Below, one piece after another: positions 51,901 through 64,000 of a stretch of 64,000 nt of DNA; positions within the stretch are counted from its first letter, which is position 1; each line of letters begins with the position of its first letter. This DNA comes from Eledone cirrhosa. Its lineage: Eukaryota. Under the pieces are notes generated by a model. The model ran no database searches and had not been told where the DNA came from. It worked only from the letters and a program-made list of their open reading frames with translations. The stretch covers positions 87,420,001 to 87,484,000 of the forward strand of contig OZ024747.1 of NCBI GenBank assembly GCA_964016885.1, read 5' to 3'. A program made the position numbers and the translations under genes.

Positions 51901-53958
51901 GATGGATGGCTGGCTGGGAAAATTGGAATCAGCTCTAGTGGTACATTTTAGCAGAGAAGAATGGGAAAGTGTCTTATCTCTTCAATATTTTCAGATTGAA
52001 TGAATTAGGTTAAAGACAGGGTAGTAAGCCTTAAAGAAGTGCATAGAGAGGGGGGGGTAGGAACTGAGGGCCGCATGGTAAATAACTGAGAGAGATACAA
52101 TAGGATTAGAATACCGCATGGTAAATATCCAAGTTAATAAGTTAATACTACATCAGTAAAATTAACAATAATAACGTCATGAAAAAAGCTACTAAGAGAA
52201 ACCCTCGAAAATTTATCGCTAATACAGCAGGGAAAATTTAACGCTAATACAGCAGGGAACATCATAATATTAACGACAATATGTAGGCTAAAATACCTTC
52301 GTAGATTAGATGGATGGCTGGCTGGGAAAATTGGAATCAGCTCTAGTGGTACATTTTAGCAGAGAAGAATGGGAAAGTGTCTTATCTCTTCAATATTTTC
52401 AGATTGAATGAATTAGGTTAAGGACAGGGTAGTAAGCCTTAAAGAAGTGCATAGAGAGGGGGGGGTAGGAACTGAGGGCCGCATGGTAAATAACTGAGAG
52501 AGATACAATAGGATTAGAATACCGCATGGTAAATATCCAAGTTAATAAGTTAATACTACATCAGTAAAATTAACAATAATAACGTCATGAAAAAAGCTAC
52601 TAAGAGAAACCCTCGAAAATTTATCGCTAATACAGCAGGGAAAATTTAACGCTAATACAGCAGGGAACATCATAATATTAACGACAATATGTAGGCTAAA
52701 ATACCTTCGTAGATTAGATGGATGGCTGGCTGGGAAAATTGGAATCAGCTCTAGTGGTACATTTTAGCAGAGAAGAATGGGAAAGTGTCTTATCTCTTCA
52801 ATATTTTCAGATTGAATGAATTAGGTTAAAGACAGGGTAGTAAGCCTTAAAGAAGTGCATAGAGAGGGGGGGTAGGAACTGAGGGCCGCATGGTAAATAA
52901 CTGAGAGAGATACAATAGGATTAGAATACCGCATGGTAAATATCCAAGTTAATAAGTTAATACTACATCAGTAAAATTAACAATAATAACGTCATGAAAA
53001 AAGCTACTAAGAGAAACCCTCGAAAATTTATCGCTAATACAGCAGGGAACATCATAATATTAACGACAATATGTAGGCTAAAATACCTTCGTAGATTAGA
53101 TGGATGGCTGGCTGGGAAAATTGGAATCAGCTCTAGTGGTACATTTTAGCAGAGAAGAATGGGAAAGTGTCTTATCTCTTCAATATTTTCAGATTGAATG
53201 AATTAGGTTAAAGACAGGGTAGTAAGCCTTAAAGAAGTGCATAGAGAGGGGGGGTAGGAACTGAGGGCCGCATGGTAAATAACTGAGAGAGATACAATAG
53301 GATTAGAATACCGCATGGTAAATATCCAAGTTAATAAGTTAATACTACATCAGTAAAATTAACAATAATAACGTCATGAAAAAAGCTACTAAGAGAAACC
53401 CTCGAAAATTTATCGCTAATACAGCAGGGAAAATTTAACGCTAATACAGCAGGGAACATCATAATATTAACGACAATATGTAGGCTAAAATACCTTCGTA
53501 GATTAGATGGATGGCTGGCTGGGAAAATTGGAATCAGCTCTAGTGGTACATTTTAGCAGAGAAGAATGGGAAAGTGTCTTATCTCTTCAATATTTTCAGA
53601 TTGAATGAATTAGGTTAAAGACAGGGTAGTAAGCCTTAAAGAAGTGCATAGAGAGGGGGGGTAGGAACTGAGGGCCGCATGGTAAATAACTGAGAGAGAT
53701 ACAATAGGATTAGAATACCGCATGGTAAATATCCAAGTTAATAAGTTAATACTACATCAGTAAAATTAACAATAATAACGTCATGAAAAAAGCTACTAAG
53801 AGAAACCCTCGAAAATTTATCGCTAATACAGCAGGGAAAATTTAACGCTAATACAGCAGGGAACATCATAATATTAACGACAATATGTAGGCTAAAATAC
53901 CTTCGTAGATTAGATGGATGGCTGGCTGGGAAAATTGGAATCAGCTCTAGTGGTACAT
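45982..53958. repeat. Tandem array of ~408-bp monomers (19 units plus 1 truncated)
   Basis: TAGGAACTGAGGG unit starts at 45982, 46341, 46751, 47158, 47565, 47974, 48382, 48791, 49202, 49609, 50016, 50424, 50832, 51241, 51650, 52058, 52466, 52873, 53255, 53662. Units differ mainly in G-tract length. The unit at 52873 lacks one copy of an internal 25-bp direct repeat. Confidence 0.97.
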
Positions 53959-54784
53959 ATATATATATATATCTCTAGTGGTACATATATATATATATAT
54001 CTTATATATATATATATCTTATATATATATATATATCTTATATATATATATATCTTATATCTTATATATATATATATCTTATATATATATCTTATATATA
54101 TATATATATATTTTATATATATATATATATATATAAGATATATATATATAAGATATATATATATATATATATATAAGATATATATAAGATATATATATAT
54201 ATATAAGATATATATATATATAGAAATTATAGAAATTACATGAATCTTATATATATATATCTTATATATATATCTTATATATATATATATATCTTATATA
54301 TATATATATCTTATATATATATATATCATATATATATATATCTTATATATATATATATATCTTATATATATCTTATATATATATATATATCTTATATATA
54401 TATATATATCTTATATATATATATATCTTATATATATATATATATCTTATATATATATATATATATATATCTTATATATATATAAATCTTATATATATAT
54501 ATATATCTTATATATATATATAAATTTTATATATATATATATCTTATATATATCTTATATATATATATATATATATATATATCATATATATATATATCTT
54601 ATATATATCTTATATATATATATAAATTTTATATATATATATATCTTATATATATATATATAAATCTTATATATATATATATATATATATCTTATATATA
54701 TCTTATATATATATATAAATTTTATATATATATATATATATCTTATATATATATAAATTTTATATATATATATCTTATATATAT

Positions 54785-54823
<39 letters not shown>

Positions 54824-54872
54824 CTTATATATATCTTATATATTTATATATATATATATATCTTATATATAT

Positions 54873-54915
<43 letters not shown>

Positions 54916-55116
54916 TATATATATCTTATATATATATATATATATATATCTTATATATATCTTATATATATATATATATCTTATATATCTTATATATATC
55001 TTATATATCTTATATATATATATATATCTTATATATATCTTATATATATATATATTATATATATCTTATATATATATATATATATCTTATATATATCTTA
55101 TATATATATATTATAT
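53959..55116. repeat. Irregular compound microsatellite [(TA)nTCT]m with orientation switches
   Basis: TCTTA phase, then TAAGA phase at 54135-54221, then a long TCTTA phase. Confidence 0.95.
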
Positions 55117-55277
55117 ACACAGTACAAGAGTAACCAATCTTAAAGAGAGAGATGGAGATAGGAGAGGAGAGATTGGTGAATTAGTTAGAAGCCAAGGCAT
55201 GTGCTCAATGTGCAATATGCAGTGGAAAGCAGCTAGGTGGCTGTGTTCATGCAGAAGTTAGGCGCACAGAGCTGGAA

Positions 55278-55449
55278 ATATTCATTAGTTAAGCAAAACA
55301 AGACCACAATTGTAAACGGACATTATTATTATTAATATTATTTTTATTATTCTCTACATTCCTTACATCAAACTAAAATATGTTGACAATCTTTTAATAA
55401 TGTCTTCCTTGTGAAATTTGTGATCTTGTTTTGTTTAACTAATGAATAT
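55278..55449. repeat. Inverted repeat, MITE-like or fold-back
   Basis: ATATTCATTAGTTAAGCAAAACAAGACCACAA versus TTGTGATCTTGTTTTGTTTAACTAATGAATAT, 2 mismatches in 32 bp. Confidence 0.7.
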
Positions 55450-57296
55450 ACATATATATATATCTTATATATATATATATCTTATACATATATATATATC
55501 TTATATATATATATATATATCTTATATATATATATCTCATATATATATATCTTAGGAAATTATCTGATAAACAGCGTTTTAAATAGCAAGACAGCTGTTT
55601 TTTTAAAAATAGATATAAAATACTATTTTTATGATGGAAGCTGGTGGAACCCTTTAGTGACGTTCATGATTACACCGGATTACTCATATCTATTTTTAAT
55701 ATAAACTTTTGAAGATTTTATATTTTAGGAAACTTAAGCTAAATTGTCTTTTTAAAACAACACAAACTAACCAGATAAGATATATTTTGTTTGTGACAGC
55801 AAATTTTGATGTTTTTCATTTTTTTATCATCCAATGTCCATTTGTTGTTGTAGCTCACACTTTTGTAAGTTCAGCTGACCTCCGCCAATGTTGCTTAGGA
55901 AATTTCTTGGATGTTTTAATTATGGGTGTCATAGTCCTATCATGAAAAGACTCTCCCCAGGTCTGATGCCATTCCACTGTGCAGAGTTTAACTCCTAGCT
56001 CTTACTGGTACTGCTGGGGCACCTATCATTAAAACCATTTAAACACCCAAGAAAATTCCTATCAGATGCTACTTCATATGTCCACACACACAAAAATATG
56101 AGTGTGTATATATATATATATGTGTGTGTGTGTATATCTAAAATGAGGTTGTGCAGACCAACCTTAAAAAACTAAACTTCACAACAGAAATTACTAAAGA
56201 TCATGAGGGCTGGTGCTATGCAGAGCTGAAGAAGACCTGGACTGCAACATACAATGTGACCTGACAACCTCCTCTGTGCACTCAGTAGAATGTGAGACCA
56301 TACATAAGCGAAATGACAGATCCCTGGCTTGTCTGGGAGATCAGTAGCCACAGCTTCAGTACTAACTTGGTCTATGTAGATCGATCCAACGCTTGCTAGC
56401 AGAGAAATCAGACATTAAAAATATGATGATGATGGCCTTACAAAATTACAGTCAAAAGAAAACACTATTTTTCTGAATATTTCAAAAGACAGAAAATAAA
56501 AACAAGAAATAGGGAATACAATTTTTTTTATTGTATTTATTTTATCTATTTTTATTTTTTACCTGATGATTTCTGTAAAAATGCAAAAATGAAAAAAGGA
56601 CTGCAGTTTCTGTTTAGAAAATTTTTGGCATTTAACTGGTATATAATTTCAACAGCTGTATTCATTGTTGAGTGTAAAAGAACAAAATATATATTTTCAC
56701 TATTTGTTAGCTTATGTCTTTATACCAATACCAACTTAAGTCTTTCCTGAATTCAATCCCTACTCCATCTACTGTTTTATATCCACTCTGGGAATTTTAC
56801 TGTTGTAGTTAAGTATATGTAATATATATACATATATATATATATATATGTGTGTGTCTGTATATATATATGAATGTGTGTATATATATATATATATATA
56901 TATTCTTTTATTATTTGGTTTTGTATATTTTATCATGAATATCTCAAGATTATTTCTCTTCAGTCTCAGAGTAATGAATAAAACATCACTGCTTATATTT
57001 CTAGAGCAAGTTTTAGGGGGCACATGAAATTTTCCCTTGAGACATCTTTAAGTAAACTTCTCTGTCTTTGTATATTTAGACTTTTCGCTGGAATTATCTC
57101 TTCACATCTGATGGAAGAGGCAGTGGAAGAAAAGGTGCAAGTTAATAATGATGATGAGGGGGGATTATTATTATTAATTTTGTTATTATTTTTTTTAGTT
57201 TTGACAAAAGAGCATAAAAAACTTTTAGAAATAAATGTAAAGATTAGGGTAATGATTACAAAGTTTATTGCATATCATCTCTCTTTCTCTCTCTCT

Positions 57297-57338
<42 letters not shown>

Positions 57339-59929
57339 ATGTGTATGTATGTGTGTGTATGTATCTATATAATGTCTATAATTGTAAGTATGTTGTATGG
57401 TTTGCATTTGTGCATGCATGTGTATGTTTACTCTGCCACTACTACTCCATACTCCTTTAGCTTGGTGCATACTACATTCTCAATATTCAGATGACCAACA
57501 ATTTGACAGTTGCATTAACTATATAGTTATGTATTACACTACCCCACACCACCTTCCCTAACCTACTACAATACCATCATAGAAATGATGGTATTGTAGT
57601 ATCAAGAAACAACCTATCCTGACACTCAGTCAGTTATTGTTATCTAATGTAGTTGTCTCTCTCACTTAAACAAGTGTTTCAGGTCATTTTCACTCTAAAT
57701 GTATGAGATAACCTTGCAGGCCCCACAAGAAGCTTATCCATTTTGCCCTATCCTCTGCATCCCTCTTATCTAGCATTCTTTTTCTCTCCTTCATCTTTAG
57801 CCATATCTGTTTTCATATTTCACTTCCTCAACTTCCTTCCATATTCATTCCCATCACTCCTCTCACCCAGTTGCTTTTATCCTTCCTCAATACATAACCT
57901 GACCATCTCATTCCATTTCTCTTCACATTGCTCCAAATTTATTGGGGAGCTCGGTAAAGCAGTAATGATGCGCAATAAAAATAATAATGGAAATAATAAT
58001 AATAATAATACAGGATCGGATTTTATGGGGGTGCAAAGGGGGCTATTATATGAGGGATCCCTACTCTCAAACTTGATTTGCCTCAGGCCAGTGAGCAGGG
58101 TCGGATTTAGACCTTGAGCCCCCAAGGTCTAAATCATACTCACTGGATCTCTTCCCATCAACCTCTGTAATTTTTTGTTTGCCTAACTCCTAAAGATGTA
58201 TAAATGCTGCCATATCTAGAATGGTTGTAAGGTACACATGGAAGACAAAGACAAAAAAGTTTTGAGCTAGTCTATATTGACTAGAGCCCCATCAAAGATA
58301 TATTTAGTCATAACTCATTATTCTGTGACAGATTGAACATAGTTTGCATTAGGAAAACCTGCTTTAAATTAAATAAGTTTCTGTATATCTGATAGTTCTG
58401 TTCAGGAAAAGGTTTCATGTTGAATAGCTTGACCCACCTCAATAGAATCTCTATAATGAGCCAATGAAGGAGTCTCAACCTGCTTGCCTGACTTGCTAAA
58501 AAATCTGCAAAATTTCCCTTAAATCACATCCCACGTTTTTGAAAGAGGAGAGGTTGCATTGAATACTATAGATCTGGATACATAACATCTAAAGAAAAGA
58601 CAACACTTGATATTCCCCTGCCATACTCATGCACGCATGTGTCTGTATATATATATATATCATGACATTTGTGCATTGCTCTATGTGCTATACCTTTGAT
58701 GAGTTGTAGTGCACCTGAATACTGTACACAATAATTTTCATTATTATTATATAGTATTCTGATCTCCCTCCCGGAGTGCTAAAATACCCTTTCTGTACTT
58801 TTTGAGGGCACATACCTTCCATTAGTTCAGAATGTCACTACTCGAGCTACTGTTGGTATTGTCATCGCCTTTATCATCATAATTTTGTTGTTGTTTTGTT
58901 GCTGTTATTTATACTATGCAAGCATTGTTGCTACTATTTTCTGTTGTTTGCTATTGTTTGTGCAGCTGCTCTCCATACAATATCACTGATGTACTCTTTG
59001 ATTCAATCCACTATTGTTATTGCTGGTTATACAGTTGTTGCTGTTGTTACAGCTGCTATTGTAGCTGCTGTCACTACTGCATCTGTGGTTAGCATTGCAG
59101 CATCCTCATCTGGTGTTATTGTTATTGTAAATATAGCTAATTAAAGTAACACACTTATGTCAGGCCAATGAAGTAGTCTCTACTTGGTCATTCAGCCTAC
59201 TAGAAATAGCAGCTAAATCTCCCACAAATCATACTGGTAATTATTATAAAGATCATCATTTTATCATTCTCAGTCCTTATCTGACCAACACTAGGTGAAA
59301 GCCTCACCAATCAAATGGCAATTTTTCTTATTCTGTGTCCTATCAATTTCTTCTCTTCATCTCCTCTACTTCTTAAATTAGATAAACCTGCCCTCCTTGG
59401 TCTCCATTCTGTACACAGCTTTGTCTATCTCTTGTTATTTGTTTTTGCCACATGCCCTGCTTCAATTTTCTCTGTCTTTAATGACGTCTTGTACTTTTGT
59501 TTCCTCTCTTATTCATTAATGAGTTTTTTCTGTCCTTTCTAATAATATCTAACAAGCATCTTTCCATACTTTGTGTTGTTTTAAGCTTCTTTTCCATGTT
59601 TTTAGCCATCAACTATGTTTTCTGCTTCATAACTGTTTGTATGATACACTGGTCAAACACTGCTTAAGTTACATCTTACAGTTCCTTTAATTTTCCAAAT
59701 GCACACCATCTATAATGGTTTCTAAATTAGGTACAAGGCCAGCAGTAAATTATGGGAAGGGAAACAGTTGATTATATCAAGCCCAGTACTCTCAGGTCTT
59801 GAATAATTGTCCCCCGCTTATTAATTTTTCAGATCTTTTCCAACCCACTGCCTTTATTCCTCTGAACAGAAAGAAGTGTAACTAAATGACATAAGGCATT
59901 TCAGCCAATCCAACACCCTAATAATAATT

Positions 59930-60290
59930 ATAATTGTTTCTACTTTTGGCACAAGGCCAGCAATTACCCTAGTGCATTACTGGTACTTTATTTTATCGAC
60001 CCCGTAAGGACGAGAGGCAAGATAACTTCGGCAGGATTTGAACTCAGATTGTAAAGGGGCGTAATTCTATGCTGCAAAGCATGGTGTCCGACCCTCTACC
60101 AATACTTCCAATCCACCACCCTAATAATAATTGCAATAATGGTTTCTAATTTTGGCGGGGGGGGTCCATTAAATCCACCCCAGTACTTGGTTGGTACTTT
60201 ATAATTGTTTCTACTTTTAGCACAAGGCCAACAATTTGGAAAACAGGGAAAGTCTGTTAAATTGACCCCAGTACTTGACTGGTACTTCAT
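59930..60290 (-). mobile_element. SINE family A copy plus 3' fragments
   Basis: Full copy at 59930-60120 followed by tail-only pieces. Confidence 0.85.
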
Positions 60291-60789
60291 AATAATAAGA
60301 CTATTAAGAACAACAATAGCAACAAAAAAATATCAGAATCAAGAGAAAATACTCAATTTAGTATTCTGTCATCTAACTGAATTATTAATTCTTATAATTT
60401 TTCCTGTTTCTTGTTGAATTTCAGATTTGTACACCATATTTTTACACTTCTTTGTTTTGTTTATCTTGTGATCATGTGTTTGATTTTGTCTCATACACAC
60501 TCTTTTGTGCTTTCCCTCTCTCCATCTTCATAATCATCTTGTATATCTGGTACTTAGTAATAATGAGCATGTGTGTATGTGTATATGTGTGTTCTGTTAC
60601 CTTTTATTTCTTTTTTCCTTTTTCATATTCCCTTCAACCAACTAGTGTTTTTTTCTGATAGTTTATCTTAGATCAAAAGATACTACAGTAGTCACCTTCA
60701 AACTTTCAACTAGTTTTTTCTAGATTTGGATAACTAATAATAATAGTAATGATGTGCAATAAAAATAATAATGGAAATAATAATAATAA

Positions 60790-61216
60790 ATGTTTCTACT
60801 TTTTGGCACAAGGCCAGCAATTATCCAGTGCATTACTGGTACTTTATTTTATTGACCCCGTAAGGATGAAAGGTAAAGTTAACCTCGGCGGGATTTGAAC
60901 TCAGACCGTAACTTATGGAAATAATAATAATAATAATAATTGTTTCTACTTTAGGCACAAGGCCAGCAATTACTCAGTGCATTACTGGTACTTTATTTTA
61001 TCGACCCCGGGATTTGAACTCAGATCATAAAGGGCCGTAACTCTATGCTGCAAAGCATGGCGTCCGACCCTCTACCGATACTGCCAATCCACCGCCTCAT
61101 AATGATAATAATAATAATGGTTTCTGATTTAGGCACAAGGCCAACAATTTTGGGGCAAAGGCAAAGTCGATTAAATCAACCCAAGTGCATTACTGGTACT
61201 TCAGTTTATCGACCCT
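60790..61216 (-). mobile_element. Stack of three SINE family A copies or fragments
   Basis: 60790-60910, 60940-61094 (with an internal deletion) and 61118-61216. Confidence 0.85.
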
Positions 61217-62804
61217 ACATATACTTAAATAAATAAATTAATAGATAAATGGAAAATAAAATATAGAAAGAAATAGATAGGGAAATAGGGTATGATAGGA
61301 AACTGAAATAATAAGAGAAAGCCAAATAAGCAGAAAGAGGTTTAGAAAGTGATATAAAAATATTTTTTTAAAAAGCAGTAAGATAAAAAAATATAGAAGG
61401 ATAATGAAACTCCCATGATCAAGGTACTGTACTAGTACCACTATCAAATCAAAGAAAAGATGACTAGAAAAATATTTTTTGATGTATGTGTGTATATACA
61501 GATAGATATATGATTTTGACTGTATATATAGTGAATGTGTGTATATAGATAGGTATGTGTTTTTTTAATGTATGCGTATATGTATACATATAAATGTATG
61601 TTTATATATATATAGATATGTGCGTTTGAGTATATATAGATAGATGTGTGTTGTTGTTTTTTAAGTATGTGTATATATAGATGTGAATGTGCATATATTG
61701 ATGTGTATGCATGTATATATATTTTTTTGAATATATAATGAATGATAAGAGAAGCTTGAAATCAGATAATTTGAAGGAATCATACTGTTGAAGAGGAAAA
61801 TCTGAGTAGGAAAATAAATCAACAGCTGGACAGTTACAGACAGACCCTTTGCAATCTTAATTGTTATCTATAAGATAGGTAGAATTTTAACTACATCCCT
61901 GAAACATATATTTATCATTTTGTGATGATCTACAATTTGTTGACCTGTAACATTAAATATGCTTTCTACTTCATATATCTTTTAGGGGAAAAATATCGCT
62001 TATTTTTGTTGTTATTTTTAATGCTTTCACAGAGGATAAGCTTTCCAATTCTATCAAAAGCCATTCAAGAGTTCCAGGAGGCCAGATGAGTTGACTTGGC
62101 AAGAATGACCAATGGATTGCATGTTATCAACTCCTATCACATGTTCCTTCTGCTAAAGAACTGCTTCCAGCTCCTCAAACTCCTCTTTCTGCTGTACAAT
62201 ACACTTTGCCCTTCTTACATGAAACATCTTGACAAACTTAGTGTCACTTGCAATATTCAATTTGGTAACTCTTTTAAAAGCACTTTTTATTACTCTAGCT
62301 TTCACTAATCAAATCCTTCTACATTCAACTTAATACTTTAGTCAAAAATAAGTTTCACCATTAAAACTGTCCATCCAAGCCAGCACCCCCCCCCCCCCCT
62401 CTTCCCACCAAATTCTATTTCTACTTCTCCTCCTCATTCTAAAGCTTTCACTATGCCTCACTTCTCAGACTCCTTCCACAAAGACTCTATCTAATCCTTC
62501 CTCCCCAGAAATATTAGTCCCTCTGGAATTACCCCCAACTATATTTTTCTACAGACACTCACCTAAAAACGTTTAAGCTGAATATCAACCACATCAATCT
62601 CACCATCTTAGGAGTACTGCTTCTTCTCTACTTCATCCATTGACTAAATTTTTTAATCCATTTTTTTCTGATATAATCTAACATGGACTACAATATACAA
62701 TTTACCTACAGTGGGATGTGATTTGAGATAGATTTGACTGCTATTTCTAACAAGCTTGGGGATCATGTAGAGGCTCTCCCAGTTTTCACAAAATGTCCAT
62801 ACTT

Positions 62805-63723
62805 TCATCATCATCATCATCATCACCGTTTTACGTCCGTTCTTCCACGCTAGCATGGGTTAGACGGGTTGTCCTGTTGTGGGCAGTGTCTGGTCGGCTG
62901 ACCATGCCTTGCTCATACAGGAACTGATCTGGCTTGATTTCTACAGCTGGATGCCCTTCCTAACACCAACCTCATTTACAGTGAGTGCTGGGTGCTTTTT
63001 CGTGGCGCCTACACGTCCACTTTACAGTGTGGGCTGGGTGCTTTTTTGCCGTGGCACCTCCACGACCACCTTGCGGTGGGGGGGGGGGGGGGCATATTGT
63101 TTATATGCTTCAGCATGTACCCATGGGAGGTCGGGTACCCTGTATTACTGCGTGACGCCAGAAGTCACGGTCGTGTGTCATTGACTTTGAGAGGTGTAGT
63201 TGGGTAAGGTCGGCTTTTATCACCTCATCCCAAGTCATCTTGGGTCTCCCCACTCCGCGGTTTCCATCAACTTCTAGTGCTCTGCACCTTTTTATGCAGC
63301 TGTCATCCTTCATACGCATCACATGTCCATACCAGCGTAACCGCCTCTCCTGCACGCAGCATTTGATTCCTCTTATGCTCAGTCTCTCTCTCAATTCATT
63401 TATGCTTTGTCGTTCACGTATATTACTGTTACACATCCATCGGAGCATGCAGGCTTCGTTTCTCTCTAATCTACGTAAGTCTTCCACCTTCAGCGCCCAG
63501 GTCTCACTACCATGCAACATCGCTGTTCGGATACACGCATCATACAGTCTGCCTTTCATTCTGAGGGAGAAGCCTTTTGCAGCTAGCAGTGGTAGTAGTT
63601 CCCTAAACTTCTTCCATCCCGTTCTTACCCTAGTTATTGTACTTTCTGAGCACCCACCTCCGTTGCTAATTCGGTCACCTAGGTAGCAGAAGCTGTCTAC
63701 TGTTTCTACAGGGCCCTCCCAGA
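62805..63723 (-). mobile_element. 5'-truncated young copy of the same RTE
   Basis: Matches 42321-43238 apart from about two substitutions and homopolymer lengths in the 3'UTR. The encoded C-terminal ~200 aa are identical. Confidence 0.96.
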
Positions 63724-64000
63724 ATTTATGAATATCTATTTTAGCTAAATTGTACTCTCTCATAGATTTGTTAGGTATCTTTTTTTATTGATATTCCATC
63801 CCAGTTTTAGAATAGATGCACCATGCCCTTATATGTCATTGAAGTTACTAAAAGGTGTTGGCAACAAGGTGGACATCCAGCTGTAAAGGCACCACTTCAG
63901 AAAACCTGTCCAAACTATACCAACATGGGGAGGCGATAATAATCACATCATCATTACCCATTCTCACCAGGTCACCATTTATTACAAATTTAAGAAATAT

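Larger units (their letters stand above)
42321..53958 (-). mobile_element. Full-length RTE-clade non-LTR retrotransposon including its 5' tandem monomer array
   Basis: (GAT)6 tail at 42321-42338, 3'UTR to 42624, intact ORF 42625-45735, unique leader 45736-45981, contiguous monomer array 45982-53958. The same TA/TCTTA compound microsatellite lies on both sides. Including the array in the element is inference. Confidence 0.85.

Noticed and set aside
45982-53958. Array as a CRISPR, retrozyme or rDNA/snRNA repeat
   Set aside because: There are no variable spacers, I found no CTGANGA..GAAA hammerhead core on either strand, and there is no recognisable structural RNA. I could not fold an HDV-like ribozyme by eye; an Infernal search is needed to exclude it formally.
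61765-61880. Possible exon RNHTVEEENLSRKINQQLDSYRQ
   Set aside because: In-frame stops on both sides and no convincing splice pair.

Overview
AT-rich, repeat-saturated eukaryotic DNA with no host exon I can support. The SINE and RTE families look like those of Octopus or another coleoid cephalopod; this is inference from sequence style, not a database match. The dominant feature is an apparently intact RTE-clade LINE on the minus strand (about 42321-53958). It has a (GAT)n tail, a 300-bp 3'UTR shared with a tRNA/CORE-type SINE, and an open 1036-aa APE-RT ORF with a PHD-like finger inside the RT. Its 246-bp unique leader is fused to a ~8-kb array of 20 near-identical ~408-bp monomers that contains a 6-monomer higher-order duplication. 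The whole unit sits in a compound (TA)n/TCTTA microsatellite whose two flanks are partly inverted copies of each other. A ~99% identical 5'-truncated sibling lies at 62805-63723. The rest of the window holds older RTE fragments, at least three tRNA-SINE families (one with four different 3' tails), Penelope-like remnants with minimal hammerhead ribozymes and 5' fold-back palindromes, a non-autonomous Helitron with an internal 91-bp tandem repeat, MITEs and many microsatellites. Almost all short ORFs in the track are microsatellite or antisense artefacts.
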